Assembly (NCBI RefSeq): GCF_018977255.1
Contig: NW_024704761.1
Location: forward strand, 8,370,001 to 8,434,000
DNA: 64,000 nucleotides
Direction of reading: 5' to 3'
Source of the DNA: Callorhinchus milii
Lineage: Eukaryota
Below the pieces are notes generated by a model. The model did not search any database. It saw only the letters and a program-made list of their open reading frames with translations, and was not told the origin of the DNA. Each line of letters begins with the position of its first letter. The first letter of the stretch is position 1. Position numbers and translations under genes: made by a program. This document shows positions 39,033 through 51,729 of the stretch, one piece after another.

Positions 39033-39809
39033 CTGAAAAACAAATGTCTCATTTGGACGCAAACTCATTTTAAATGATCCGGTACATTTTTTTACTGTAT
39101 TACACCACATGTTTTGACAGGCGTCTTTAAAAACATAACTGAAATATTATTTTTTTTGAAAGAAAGTGATTAAAGTAGCTGTCTATAGACCACTTAGAGA
39201 TATAGCGAATCCCAATTATGATGTGATGGCTGGGGTTTCGAAAATCCCAACCAGCACTATACTCCCAGTTTACATGGGGAAATCAAAATAGCTGAACTTC
39301 CAGGCATCATATCAATGTCAACATCATTTCTTTTGTGCTGGCATGTGTAGCATGCAGGAAGTGCTCCTTGTGCAAGGAATACTCATCCGACTAATTAATA
39401 ATGATGGTGAAATCACATTGTGTTAATTCAACACTAATGACAATTGAAAATATGTATATAATATATATATATATATGTGTGTGTGTGTAAAAAGATACAC
39501 TAGATGGCTGCTGCACTCCAGTGAAAAATCTCTTTAAAAATCAGCAGCAGATCCTTTTAGGTCATTCTCTTCTATTTTCCTTTGTATCCTTTAATTCCCT
39601 ATTGTTATTTAACCACTCGTGCTAATAGCATCCCTGCCAGCTCATGCCCTATCTGGCGCTATCCATCCGAGATGATTGTCTTCTTGTTTATTCAGTTGCC
39701 TGGCTAATTTCCTATGTAAAACATTACTGCTCGAAACAAAGACCGAAAGAACAAACATGCCTAGCAATGCACAGTTCTTATGACTTTTTGTTCTCCCCCA
39801 GGAACTTAC

Positions 39810-39908
39810 ATTAAATACGAAGCATTCTCCCGTCCCAAAGAAATTAGTGCCTCGTCCATTCTCTCTCCTTCTTTCATTCCAGTCAGATGTTAGAAACGCA
39901 CCACAAAT
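39810..39908 (-). CDS. TBC1D24-like exon 5
   Basis: ICGAFLTSDWNERRRENGRGTNFFGTGECFVFN, containing the TLDc FFGTGECFVF motif. Confidence 0.94.
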
Positions 39909-41351
39909 CTGAAATAAATTTTAAATGTACTTAAATGAGAAAGGCTTTGCCACCTTTCTTTCCCAGGTGTCTAGATGCCCCAAGGCTGATAACCCAACAT
40001 TAATATTGTAGTTTGACAGAAATGGAAATCATTTTAACACAACCGTTAGGACTGGGAGATGGAACCGAACACATACCTACACAAGCCAATTTTATTCAAT
40101 AAATGTAGCCTTTTTTCTGTAGAATTTTGGCAAATACAGGCAATTCACTTTACAGTATATTCTGTGAAGCATTTTGAGACATCTCGAAGATGTGCACTCT
40201 ATCAAATGCAAGGATCGCAAATACTGTTTGGTTTGTCATGAATAATGGCCAGGATTTGTGTTCAGATGTGAGTTTTTTTAAAGCTATGTATTACGTTCCT
40301 CTGCTCTCCTCTGCTCTGGTCTCAATGAGCCACCAAAATTCATTTAGATTATATGAAGGCAAATTTCTTCCAGGCTTGTGTCAGGGAGTCTGCATATAGT
40401 GGCCACAAGAATCCTTCTGAAGTGAAAGGCGCTGTATAGATAGCTATTTGCTGTTGCGTGGTTTTGCAATTATTTATATTACCAAACTTTATTGACTTCA
40501 AGTCTTCTGCTATCTTCATTTGCGCTTGGTCCCCAGTTTTCAGTAACAATGGTTAATATTGTTGCCTTACTTCAGAGAAACAGCATACTTTACTCAACAC
40601 TGTTTTTTAAAACAATTTGTAGCCAAATTTCAATCAACAAAACACCCACCTTTTTGCACGACTGCATTATATCTTGTCCCTGAACATATGTTACGGAAGG
40701 AGTAGTAATAAGCCAAAAAAGTATTTGCCAATTGAGAAATTTATACTATTGGAAGCTGGCAGATTATGTTTATTTGGGGCTTTAATTGTAGAAAGCAGAT
40801 TATTAAAATTGTCTCACGTTTACACACTGATTCCTATGGCAACAAAGCCAGCAAATTAAATTGCCTCCCAGAGGAAGTTTCGCGCTCCAGGGAATCCTGC
40901 CTTGTCGTGTGATTTATGGCCTCCTCAAACTCTCTGACCCAAAGACTTGGCTCTGTAGTTTGTTTTTGGATTACATCATGTTTGCTTTCCCAAGATTGGA
41001 TCAGTCTGCAGCATTCTTTCACCCCTACGGCCTGTGCCTTATCGCCACAAGAAACCAAATTGCAAATCTAGGCAGGATTTATGCTGAAATGCACATAGGG
41101 CAAACTGCTATATTTGCCCTATATTCGCCCACAAATATACAGTCAATTCACTTTACAGCATATTCTGTGTAGCGCTTTGAGATGTCTAGAAGACGTGAAA
41201 AGCGCTATATTAAATGCAAGGATTATTATTATTAATATGCAAAACAAAATCAGCACTGTTGAAGTCGTCAAGATGAAATACACAAGTTCTGTTTTTACTG
41301 TATCTGCCCTTTTTACTGCCCTTTATGACACGGTTGTCCAAAGATGCTTAC

Positions 41352-41415
41352 CTCTCCTTTCGTTGTTTTAAACAGTAAAACTGTTGGCTCGTATCCCTCA
41401 CAATGAGAATAAAAC
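41352..41415 (-). CDS. TBC1D24-like exon 4
   Basis: FYSHCEGYEPTVLLFKTTKGE; 64 nt; GAG|GTAAGC donor. Confidence 0.93.
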
Positions 41416-44400
41416 CTGTGAAAAATTACAAAATAAATGGTGGAAACAGATACGATAACAACTTTCAAAAGGGAATTAGGTAATCGAAATTTGCAGGGAT
41501 ATGGGGAAAGAGCGAGGGAGTGGGACTGATTAGCTTGATCTTCCAAAGAGCTGGCACAGGTACGATGGGCCGAATGGCCTCCTTCTGTGCTGTAATATTC
41601 TGTTTCTATGATTCTAAATGCATCAATCTATCACAAAGGTAGCAAGTTATTCAAGATACAAGCCCCAATGTTTAAAAATGTGGTATATATACAACAATAA
41701 AGAGGATTTTGTTCAAGAAAAATGACAACTACAGAGAACCAATAAGTATGTTGACTTGTATACTTGTTGCACTGGAAAGGAAGTGCTGATTAGTTCTGAT
41801 AGGAAGCAATACAGTAGTGTGAGGTTCCTCTTGCAGTGTAAACCATGTCACCAAAGTCTGAATGTTTTATTCTGTCAACAGTCGGGTAAAAGAGATCAAA
41901 TTGTAGTATTTTTTGGGGGGGGGAGGGGGAGACGATGAACATCGCAATTTGAGGTTAGCCTTTTGGACTTTTGCCTGTGTTATTTCGTCGATTTCCAGCT
42001 GAGTTTTACCGTTGTTGCCACTTCAGCTTTTAGTTTCCTTTTTTCCGTTTCTACTTTTTTTTCTTCTATTTTCTCCTCGGCAACCACGTTTCGTCATTCC
42101 GACACTGATCCTCTGCCCAGGCTGCCAGGCTTATAACATAATAATATAATAATAATAATCCTTGCGTTTGATATAGCCACTTATCACGTCTTCGAGACGT
42201 CTCAAAGGATATCACAGGATATAACGGAAAGTGAATTGACTGTTTGTATTGTGGGCGAAATGTTTGAAGCGAAAACAAAGGCTTCTCCGTATGACTCTGT
42301 CTGATGTGATTGGGAAATGTTTCAAGAAATGGAAATCTGTCAGGCAGCCTCATGACAGGAAGGAACAGTTATACAATTAGACATGCTTCAGTTAGCAGGA
42401 AATTCACTGGTCTGTAGATACAGCGTTGAGAAGTTACATAAATCCAAAAGGGAGAACGATGTTTCCACCCATCTCTTGGCCAACAATCCTCAGGATAAAA
42501 TTTGGCATTCACTTCATGGCTGCTCGTGAGACATTGATGTGTGCAAATTGGTTGTTTCATTCGCCTACAAAATGTAGTCACTGCACTTTAATCTGGAATT
42601 CCATCCCCCAGCCATCCGCCTTGCCCCCTCCTTAGCCTCCTTCACTCCTGCCTCCAGACCCTCCTCTTTGATCATGCCATCGGCGACACCTCTTCCCCTC
42701 CCTTTTCCCCCCCTGACCCCCAGCTTAGGTCTGGAATGCTATACTCTGTCCAGCACCTTGGGACTTCCTCCCGACGTGAAAGGCTCTACACAAATGTAAT
42801 CTTGTTGTTGTTTACAGTAAATCTTTCAAGCTCTTTAAGACGTTTTGATGACATGAATTCAAATGCAATTAGTAATGATAATAGGTAATATTAATAATTA
42901 TTACTATTAAAATATAATGACGCTTTTGCACCTATAAAGGATTTCAAAATAGTAATATATATCCAATTGACCAAAATGTTATCCATGCTGGAAGGAAGAT
43001 GTGCACATTGATGCATGGGAATGAATCAGTTAGAGATATAAATCTTATCTTGAGGAACCAATAAAAAAGAATGACGTGGGTGGGGTAACATCTGGGATCC
43101 TCTTATAATCTTTTGATTTCAGGCTCTCAGTCAGCCTCTGTCTCACTGTGGCATCATTACAAACTGTAGCTGCAGTTTTATGTGCTGTTAAAATTATTTA
43201 TGAACTTAATTCATAAATCTATACTATATTTAGGTCATGCGTAATGAATGTGAACAACTCTTGAGGTTAAATTTGCAGTCTTATGATCATACATTACACT
43301 GTGTATACTTAGCAGGGCCAATGGGTAAAGATCTAGCAAAGCTTTCCCTATATTCCTTTGATTGTTTAGTTACAGATATCTGTTCAAACACAAGATCAAG
43401 ATCACAGGAGAGCTTTGGATGAGAGGTTTGTTAGTCACTGTGGCTCAGTTGGTAGGATTCTTGCTTCTGGGTCAGAAGTGGGTTCAGGGACCATGGTTCT
43501 CCCACAAAAATATACAGTCAATTCACTTGACAGTATATTCTGTGAAGCGCTTTGAGACGTGATAAGGAGCTATATCAAACGCACGGTTTATTATTCATTA
43601 TTATTAAAGGTGCTGTCCTTTAGATGAGACATTAACCTGAAACTACATGTCCAGCTGCAATTCAAGAAGAAAGTCATGTTTCTTTTGAGCCAATAATTCC
43701 CCAGATATAAAAAGATTATTCGCCTCAAGGCTGTTTGTGGGGCATTGCTGTGTACAAATTGGCTGCTGCATTCACCAACAATGTCAAACTTTGTTTCCCA
43801 GAAAATCTTGTACTTTGACACATTTGGACATGAGAATAATAATAATCCTTGCCTTTGATGTAGCGCCTTATCACGTCGTCTAGATGTGTCAAAGCACTTC
43901 ACAGAATGTATTGTAATGTGAATTGACTGTATATTTGTGGGCGAAACGTGGCAGCCAATTGTGCAGAGCAGTGTCCCACAAACAGTCATGGATTGCATGA
44001 GCAAACATTTTTTTTCAGGGATTATTATCCTCAGAAAAGCGATCCACAAATCGACTATTAATCGGGTTCCTTCTTATTGCTAGGTAAACAGGACTCCTGT
44101 GGCTACATCAAGTCCAAGAGTTGTTTTATTATCTGAGAAATTACTGATGAAAACGTCTTTAAATCCTGCCTCCCTTTCACAAGATCACAAGAAAGGTTCA
44201 GACAAAAAAAGTCCCTCGGCACATCTGACCTCCTTTCAGAATACTCACCCTATCACTTTCTCCATCACAGCATCACACTGTATTTTTAAAAAAAAACAAA
44301 TCCAACATCCTGCATTGTCATAGCTGTTATTTGGAAGGTGTTGCACAGGACCATTTTCTTATAAATTAGAAATCTGCCCCTGAGCTAATTGGATTTCTCT

Positions 44401-46039
44401 GAGTACTCTGGAGGTAATCACTAATATACAGCGAAGTGTTCAAACATTTCTGTGCATTTTTAACTCACGCAACAAGTGCATCACCTAGTGGTAGTAATTT
44501 GATAATTACTGGATCAGATACAAGAGGAGAGGAATACAGTTAATATTAGTTGTCCATTACTTTCATATATGTAGAAATATGTTATAATAATTTTCACAAT
44601 TTTGTTCTTGATTTTCCAAGGATCAACTGCAAGTATTATTATTAGTAGTAGTGCAAATAGTCAAGGTGGGTGAATGAAAGTAACATATATTTGATTTACT
44701 TCATAACATAGTATATGTTACTTGAAATTCTTTGCAGGGTAATAGATATTAAGATATTGTGGAAACCTTGGGGAGAAGATGTCAATATCAAGGATAAAAA
44801 ACATTGAACATATTATCTGGACAGTAACACCACATGAGGACACGTGGAGCAGAGATACTTGATCAACGTGGGAAGTTAGAATGAATGGAGGGAACATGAA
44901 CAGACTGTAACCATCCTTACCTTGATAGGAAAGGTGAGAGAATATGTTAAGAGCTCGTGTTAGTAAGGTGGAAGGAGAGAAACCATCAACCTCTTTTAAA
45001 AGATGAAATAGCAAACCTGAAATCTTCGGTCAGAATGTTAGGCAAAAGGTTATATAATATTAAGGTTATATAAATAATCCTTGCATTTGATATAGCGCCT
45101 TATTCCCTCTTTGGAGGTTTGGAGGTAGTTACCACATGCCGATTGTTTGAATTGATCATAATAAAAACTTACATTTAAAACAAAAGTCTATTGCCCTGCA
45201 TGTTATCTGGCAGGCAGCCAAATCCACTTGTTCCTAAGAGAGAGAATGATGCCAGCTGGTCAACCTTAGCCTTAAAACAAGAAGCATAAATTCACCAGAC
45301 AGGCCAGTGCCTTCAGTGGAACAGAATGTTCCATGTAACAATTAAAATACTTAGGAATCAATCAGCGCAGCAATAATTAACAGAACTGAACAATCAGTTG
45401 GTAATAATGTCTGAAAGACTGGGTGTGGTTTTAGCAGCCTCAGGCAGGAGTGATAGTTTGGGCTAAATGATCGAACTCCCATCAGTGGTGTGGGGGAACA
45501 ATCTGATCTCGTCCATTGCCACGGCAAGATAATAATGATAATAATAATCCTTGCATTTTGATTTTGTGCCTCATCACGTCTTCGAGACGTCTCAAAGCGC
45601 TTCGCAGAATATACGGTAAAGTGAATTGACTCTGTATTTTGTGAGCTAAAGATGGCACGAAGGCGGAGGTGGGGTCCGTCGCAAAGATGATACAGGGACC
45701 AGCATCATTCCTGTGTTGATAGGAAACCTCAACACTAGTCAGGGATAGGTACCGGGGAAGGTGGGGGGAGGCCATGGAAATAAAGTAGGTGCCTCTATAT
45801 GTGTAGAGGAATGTAAAGCAGAAGCATCTTGTAGTTGATACTTGATTGAGGATAAAGGTTACCAAAGGTGTTTCTAATTAGTTAGTTCTTTCAAGTGAAT
45901 ATACAGCAAACACCAAATACAATTTACATTTATGCAGCGCCTTTCACATTGGGAGGGCATCTCAAAGAGATTGAATGAATGAATAATCTTTCTACAGCGC
46001 GCAGTCCATGAACATGTTCTTCCGTTAATGAATTCTTAC

Positions 46040-46198
46040 CTTTGCAGACTGTATCCATGTTCCAGGGTAGTAAACAATAAAAGTGGTTGGAACAATGCAA
46101 AGCGTTCCGGGATCCACGACCACACAATCCGCATCTCCTGAGCAGTTACAATACTCGACTGGAAATTCAACATGTCTACGGCCAAGTAGGTATTCGGT
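46040..46198 (-). CDS. TBC1D24-like exon 3
   Basis: [52 protein letters not shown]; 159 nt. Confidence 0.94.
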
Positions 46199-46841
46199 CT
46201 GAGAGGGGAAAAAGAAAAATATAAAAGCGGTGGAATATTTTTACGTGGGTGTCCATGTTAACCAACATGCCACAATTTGATTAATTTTTCTGCCATTCTA
46301 GTGGCTCCTACGCACTGCCGCACTCCATCTTCTCTGCTGAGAAACCAGGCAAGTCCTTCATTGCTCTTCTGTCGCCATGTCAACGTGTTGCTGAATTTCA
46401 ACTTCGACCTCTTGAAAGTATTCAGTAAGAAAATACACAGTCACTACGCTTTGCAGTGAATCTTGTGAAGCATTTTGAGCCTTCTTCTTGATATGAAGGG
46501 CGCTATTTGGAAAGCAAGGATTGATATTATTACAACAACTTGCATTTCTATAGCGCCCCTCACACAGGGTAGCGTCCCAGAGCACTTTATTAATGCTAGG
46601 ATATGTTTGCCCACAATTACACAGTCACTCCACTTCATAGTGAATGCTGTGAAGCACTTTGGAACGTCTTCCTGAAGTGAAAGGCACGATATCAAATGGA
46701 AGCATTATAATTTATTATTATTACCACATGCATTATTCCATTGTCACCTTATAATCATGGCTGTTTCGTGGAAAAACAATTGGGGAATAACTGATGACAG
46801 TAACGCGTGGATGACAGAAGAACTATCATGTGGTTGCTCAC

Positions 46842-47880
46842 CTCTTCTGTTGCATTCCAGTGCCTTTCTGTGCCAAAGCTTTCTTGTTTGCCAGCTGCAG
46901 AAGATGAATTTCTTTGCAAGACAAGAGTCTGATGCTGAAAGCTTTCTCTAGGACCTGGTCCACGGTGGTGTACTGCGAAATGTTTGTCATGAAAAGCTGC
47001 AAGTCCAGCTGGACGTCATGAATCTCAACCTCTTTGGAGGTCAACGAGAGCTTATATTGCTTTAATAAGGCGAGACCAATGCGATAAAGTGCTTTGTAAC
47101 CTTCAAGTAGGAAGACATCGAGAACACGAATGGCGTACTTAAATGGGAGGTCCCCAAAAATCCACATCAGCCAGTCGGAGTAGATCTCAAAGGCGTTGCG
47201 AGATTGTGTTGCAATCAGTTTGTGAGAAGCTTGGCAGTACTTGCTTGCCAGATCGCCGAAGGTCATGCAAGACGACTCGTGGGTGAGGAAGGTTTGATCA
47301 ATGAATCGCTTCTTGGGATCGTTGCAAGCAAGAAGCCTGAAGACGTTCTCGAAACACTCCGCCTCGTCTGTGCTGTAGTGCAGCAACAGGGCAACTATGG
47401 CAGGCAGAATTGGGGAGTAGGTAATGTCAGGAAACTGGTCAGCAATGCAGATCAGAATCTTCTTCACTGCGATCTTGCCTTCTGCGTTGAGAAAGTAGGT
47501 TGGCATATTGCAGCCCTCCACAAAGTCAGGTAGAAGCTGAGAGGTAGCATTCGATTGCCCAAATATTTTGCCAACAATATTTCTGTAGACTTCAGCATCC
47601 GGTGTAACAGTTCGGCAATGGACTTTTTTGATGATATGATTGTAAGCCGTAGCTCTTGCTTTGTGGTTTCCAGCCCACTCCCCGTGCCTGGCCATGTACT
47701 TGAGCTCTTTGTAGCTCTTCAATGTCACATTCCTGCAAGTATTAGGTGATGTGCCCGGGTCAAGTATTCTATCCCAGTCCACAAAATGCCCATCGCCTTT
47801 GTCGTTTACGTTACTTTCACCCCAGTTTTCATCGTCTGTAATGAGGAGCAAAGGCACTTCAGGAAAATTGTGGGGTTCAC
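46842..47880 (-). CDS. TBC1D24-like exon 2 (TBC domain, 1039 nt)
   Basis: ELKYMARHGEW, CRTVTPDAEVY, QFPDITYSP, HESSCMTFGDL, RVLDVFLLEGYKALYR are TBC1D24/Skywalker-family blocks; tgcag acceptor, AG|GTGAGC donor. Confidence 0.95.
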
Positions 47881-48039
47881 CTGCAAAACAAGCCACAAGC
47901 AGATTTAGAAACACAGTAATTGATCGATGACAGGATTAGACCAGACCTGTCAGCAAGTGGGAAAGAGTTCCTTTCTCTGAAACGAGCATCTCTCATTTTG
48001 GTGAGCATTAAAGTAAGAGAATTGGGTGCTTGGGGGAAT

Positions 48040-48215
48040 ATAATAATAATAATTCTTGCATTTGATATAGCACCTTATCACGTCTTCGAGACGTCTCAAA
48101 GCGCTTCACAGAATCTACTGTAAAGAGAATTGACTGTATATTTTGTGGGCGAAACGCAGCAGCCAATTGCGCGCAGCAGCGTCCCCACAAACAGTTGTGG
48201 ATTGAGTGACCATTT
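48040..48215 (-). mobile_element. SINE 3' half
   Basis: Deu domain and tail as in the other copies. Confidence 0.85.
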
Positions 48216-50774
48216 TATTATTTATTAGTAATGAAGGAATCACGACTGCAAATATATGAGAGAACGTAGGAGTACAATAGTACCCAGCTCCCTGGGGTGC
48301 TTCTGCATGTGGATGTGGCTGACATAGAATACTGATACAGCAGCTTATCACAATGGGCTTTTTGATAAAGGCCAAATGTTGGCCAGATCACAGCCTGTTC
48401 TGGATGCAGTGAATAACGTTAGTTATTAAACAGATATTCCTTTGTGATTCATGCCATTACTCGAAAAAGCCTCTGAATCCAAACTTATTACACTGCATTT
48501 TATGAACCATTAATACTGACACGCCTTGTGCGTTACTGCCAAATTATTTTGACCCATGTGAAGCCATACTTAAATACTCTTAAGATATTCCAAAGGTTGC
48601 ACTTAACGAGTTCACAGCCTCTGGCTGGTGCTCACGGTTCTCTTTGCAGTACATTGGACATTGCCTTGTTTTGAACATTGCCCTTTAACCTGACCCGCTT
48701 TCGTCATTCTACTATAAAATGGATATTTCTCTCTGATCTAAGGTTTCAACAGAGGTTTCAAATACAAATATCTGTTTGTTTAAAGTGAATAACGCTCAAT
48801 ATTGCATTTGATACAGCGTTTTTCACGTCGGGAGGATGTCTCAAAGCGCTTCACGAGATTTACTGTAACGTGCAGTGACTGTGTGTTTTGGGAGACTATG
48901 TTTTAAAAAGCCTGACAATTGTGCAATTGTGTGTGGACTTTCGGGCTGGAGATAAGAGATGCCAATGGGATGATTGTTTCCTCTGGGAACTTTATTAAGG
49001 TTTCTGTATAAACCAATCTAAATGGGTACAACGTATGGTTCTTTGTGGTTATGGTTCTTTCTTGTCTACTCTCATCCCATTTTCCTTTATTATCCTCAAA
49101 CTATTCTATTGTTCGATTTTTCAATTATCTGTCGAATTCACTTATAAATGATGTAACAGATTTCGCTTCAATGGTCACTTGTGCTGAAGTATTCTACTTC
49201 CTAAAATTCCTATTATATGTACGTTTTTTAACCTTAGTTTTTCTTTACATCTCTAAATATCAAGTGTGGACTCTACATTACCTGGTTAATGCTATCATTC
49301 ACTTCATGACTGTTTGTCACAAGTTGTTGTGTGCAAATTGGTTTCTGAGTTCACCTACAGCTATACAATAACTACATTCTACGGTAAATCATGTGAAGTG
49401 CTTTGAGACATTTTAATGGCGTGACAAGGTGCTATCTCAAATGTAAGGATGAAAAAGAAACAAATTAATTTCCCTGCAATGCAGCCCTCAAATCAGCGCA
49501 CCAAATGCTTGTTGAAAATAATAATAATAATAATAATTCTTGCATTTTTGATATAGAGCTTTTTCACGTCTTCTAGACATCTTCTTTCACATCTTCAAAG
49601 CGCTTCACAGAATATGCTGTAAAGTGAATTGAATTGACTGTATATTTGTGGGCAAATATAACAAAATATCTGCACAACATTCCTGTATTTTCTTCACCTG
49701 TTAGTTTCACCTCACCTTTGTCACCACCATTAAGAGACAGCACACCACCAATAACGTTTGGTATTTTGTCTTTTGAAAACATTTTTTTATTGTATGTAGT
49801 TAACTATACAAAACAAAATGTACAGCATTCATGCTACTGGGCTAAATTATCTCATAAAGGCTTATATTATACTGGGATACATGATTTTATGTACCTCAGA
49901 TGATACAATTTATGATTTTAATATTTACTTTTTAGGGGAAAAAACAAAGAATCTGCATAAAAATGTGTAATATGTTTTTGGAAATGTTCTGCAGTGAGAG
50001 AGAAGTCTGTAATTTAAGATTAGCTTCCTTTCTTGGTGTTGGATTACATTCTAAGTACTCTCTACCCAATGACAAGGAGATAAAGGCACTGCCGTGTTCA
50101 GATAAACGTTAAAACTCCCATTTTACGAATTGAAAAGAGGGGGAGTTTTTCCCGTTGTCCTCACCAACAATCCCTCAGATGAAACTGATCATTCACCTCA
50201 TGGCTGTTTTGCGACATTGCTATATGCAAACTGGCTGCTACATTCACTTACAAATACACAGTCACTACACTTTGCAGTAAAGTGCTTTGAGAAGTCCTCC
50301 CAATGCAAAAGGTGCTATAGGAAATAAAATAAAATGTTTTATATTATATGATAATACAGCACTGATTCATACAGACCAGAAGCTCAGAGGTTTGGTTCAT
50401 ATTATTAAATATGTATTTTCAGCAGGGGCAGCAGTTTGGGTCGTACAATTTAACTTAACGCTTCTGGACCTACCGCGTGAAAATCAGTCAGTTTTTCCAC
50501 TCGTGATTGCTACCTAGTTCCCTCTGCTGGAAAGTGTGTTTGGACATGAAGGTTAAGCTGCATTGTGATGTTTGTGATGTTGAATAGCCTCATGACGCTC
50601 GCTATTTTGGTGATTGCTTGGAGCAAGCAAATCAGGCAGGATTTGACTCCGTTTCCAAACATTTGCTGAGTTAAATCTGGCCAGATTTCCGCACAAAGGA
50701 GCAGCGCTAGTGAAGTCAAGTGCTAAACAGTACAATACAGTACAAGACATCTCCTCAACCAATGGCTCACAGAT

Positions 50775-51150
50775 AATAATAATAATCTTTGCATCTGATA
50801 TAACGCTTTATCATGTCTTTGAGACGTCTCAAAGCGCTTCACAAAATATATTGTAAAGTGAATTGACTGTATATTTTGTGGGCGAAATGTGGCAGCCAAT
50901 TGTGCACAGCAGCGTTCCACAAACAGTCGTGGATTGAGCGACCAAATTATTAATTTTTTTTAAAGGGTTATTGCCCCTGGAAAAGTGATCTGCCAATCGG
51001 CTAATATACAGGTTGTTACTTACTGCTAGGTAAACCGAGGCGTGTGGAGTAAGGAAACTTGCCCAATGTTTTGCCCTGCCGGGAATCAAACCCAGGTCCT
51101 CTCGTTTGCGAGGCGAGTGCTCTAACCACTGAGATACAGGACTCCACATG
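50775..51150 (-). mobile_element. Near full-length tRNA-head Deu-domain SINE
   Basis: Minus strand: A/B-box tRNA head (CTCAGTGGTTAGAGC, GGTTTGATTCC), Deu-like TGTTTGTGG..GCTGTGCACAATTGGCTGCC, L2-type tail ending (ATT)n. Confidence 0.88.
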
Positions 51151-51614
51151 CAGCCTTAATTTTCAAAACTGTTTTTCTGTAAGTTTCTTCCAAGATCTAC
51201 ATACAGCAAACCGGCTTCAAGGTTGGGGCTGAGTGAATTTTGCAACCGGACACATTTCTGGGCTCTCAGAAATGCTGCGTTAAATCAGAGTCAATCCAGA
51301 CCCTGGGTGGAATTCTCAATGTGCATCTCAATAGAGCGCCTTGGGACATCCGCCCAACGTGAAAGGCGCTACACCAAATGCCATTTGTTGTTGTTATCAT
51401 AGAATCCTACAGCAGACAAGGAGGCCGTTTGGCTCATCGTGCCTTGTGTCAGCTATCCAACCAATCCCACTCCCCCCGCTCTTACCCCGATATCCCTGCA
51501 ATAGTTTTCTTTTTTAAGTAACTTCTCCAATTCCCTTGTGAAAGCATCTGTTGTTGGTGGTGGTGGTGGTGTTGTTGTGGTGGTGGTGGTGACCAAACAA
51601 TGGAATAAATGTAC

Positions 51615-51729
51615 CTGGAGTTGCATCTGTAGGCTTCTCAGAGCTGTCAGACTGTAAGTGGTCCAATTCTTCCTCTTTGCTGGGGCTGTGCATGTCTAGG
51701 ACACCAGTACAACCACTCTGTTCCAACAT
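51615..51729 (-). CDS. TBC1D24-like putative exon 1
   Basis: MLEQSGCTGVLDMHSPSKEEELDHLQSDSSEKPTDATP then G|GTACAT; phase 1 matches exon 2, which has no Met before its conserved region. Confidence 0.7.

Noticed and set aside
46199-46841. Equivalent of the neural 18-nt TBC1D24 microexon
   Set aside because: No convincing acceptor/donor pair found; much of the intron is SINE and L2 tail sequence
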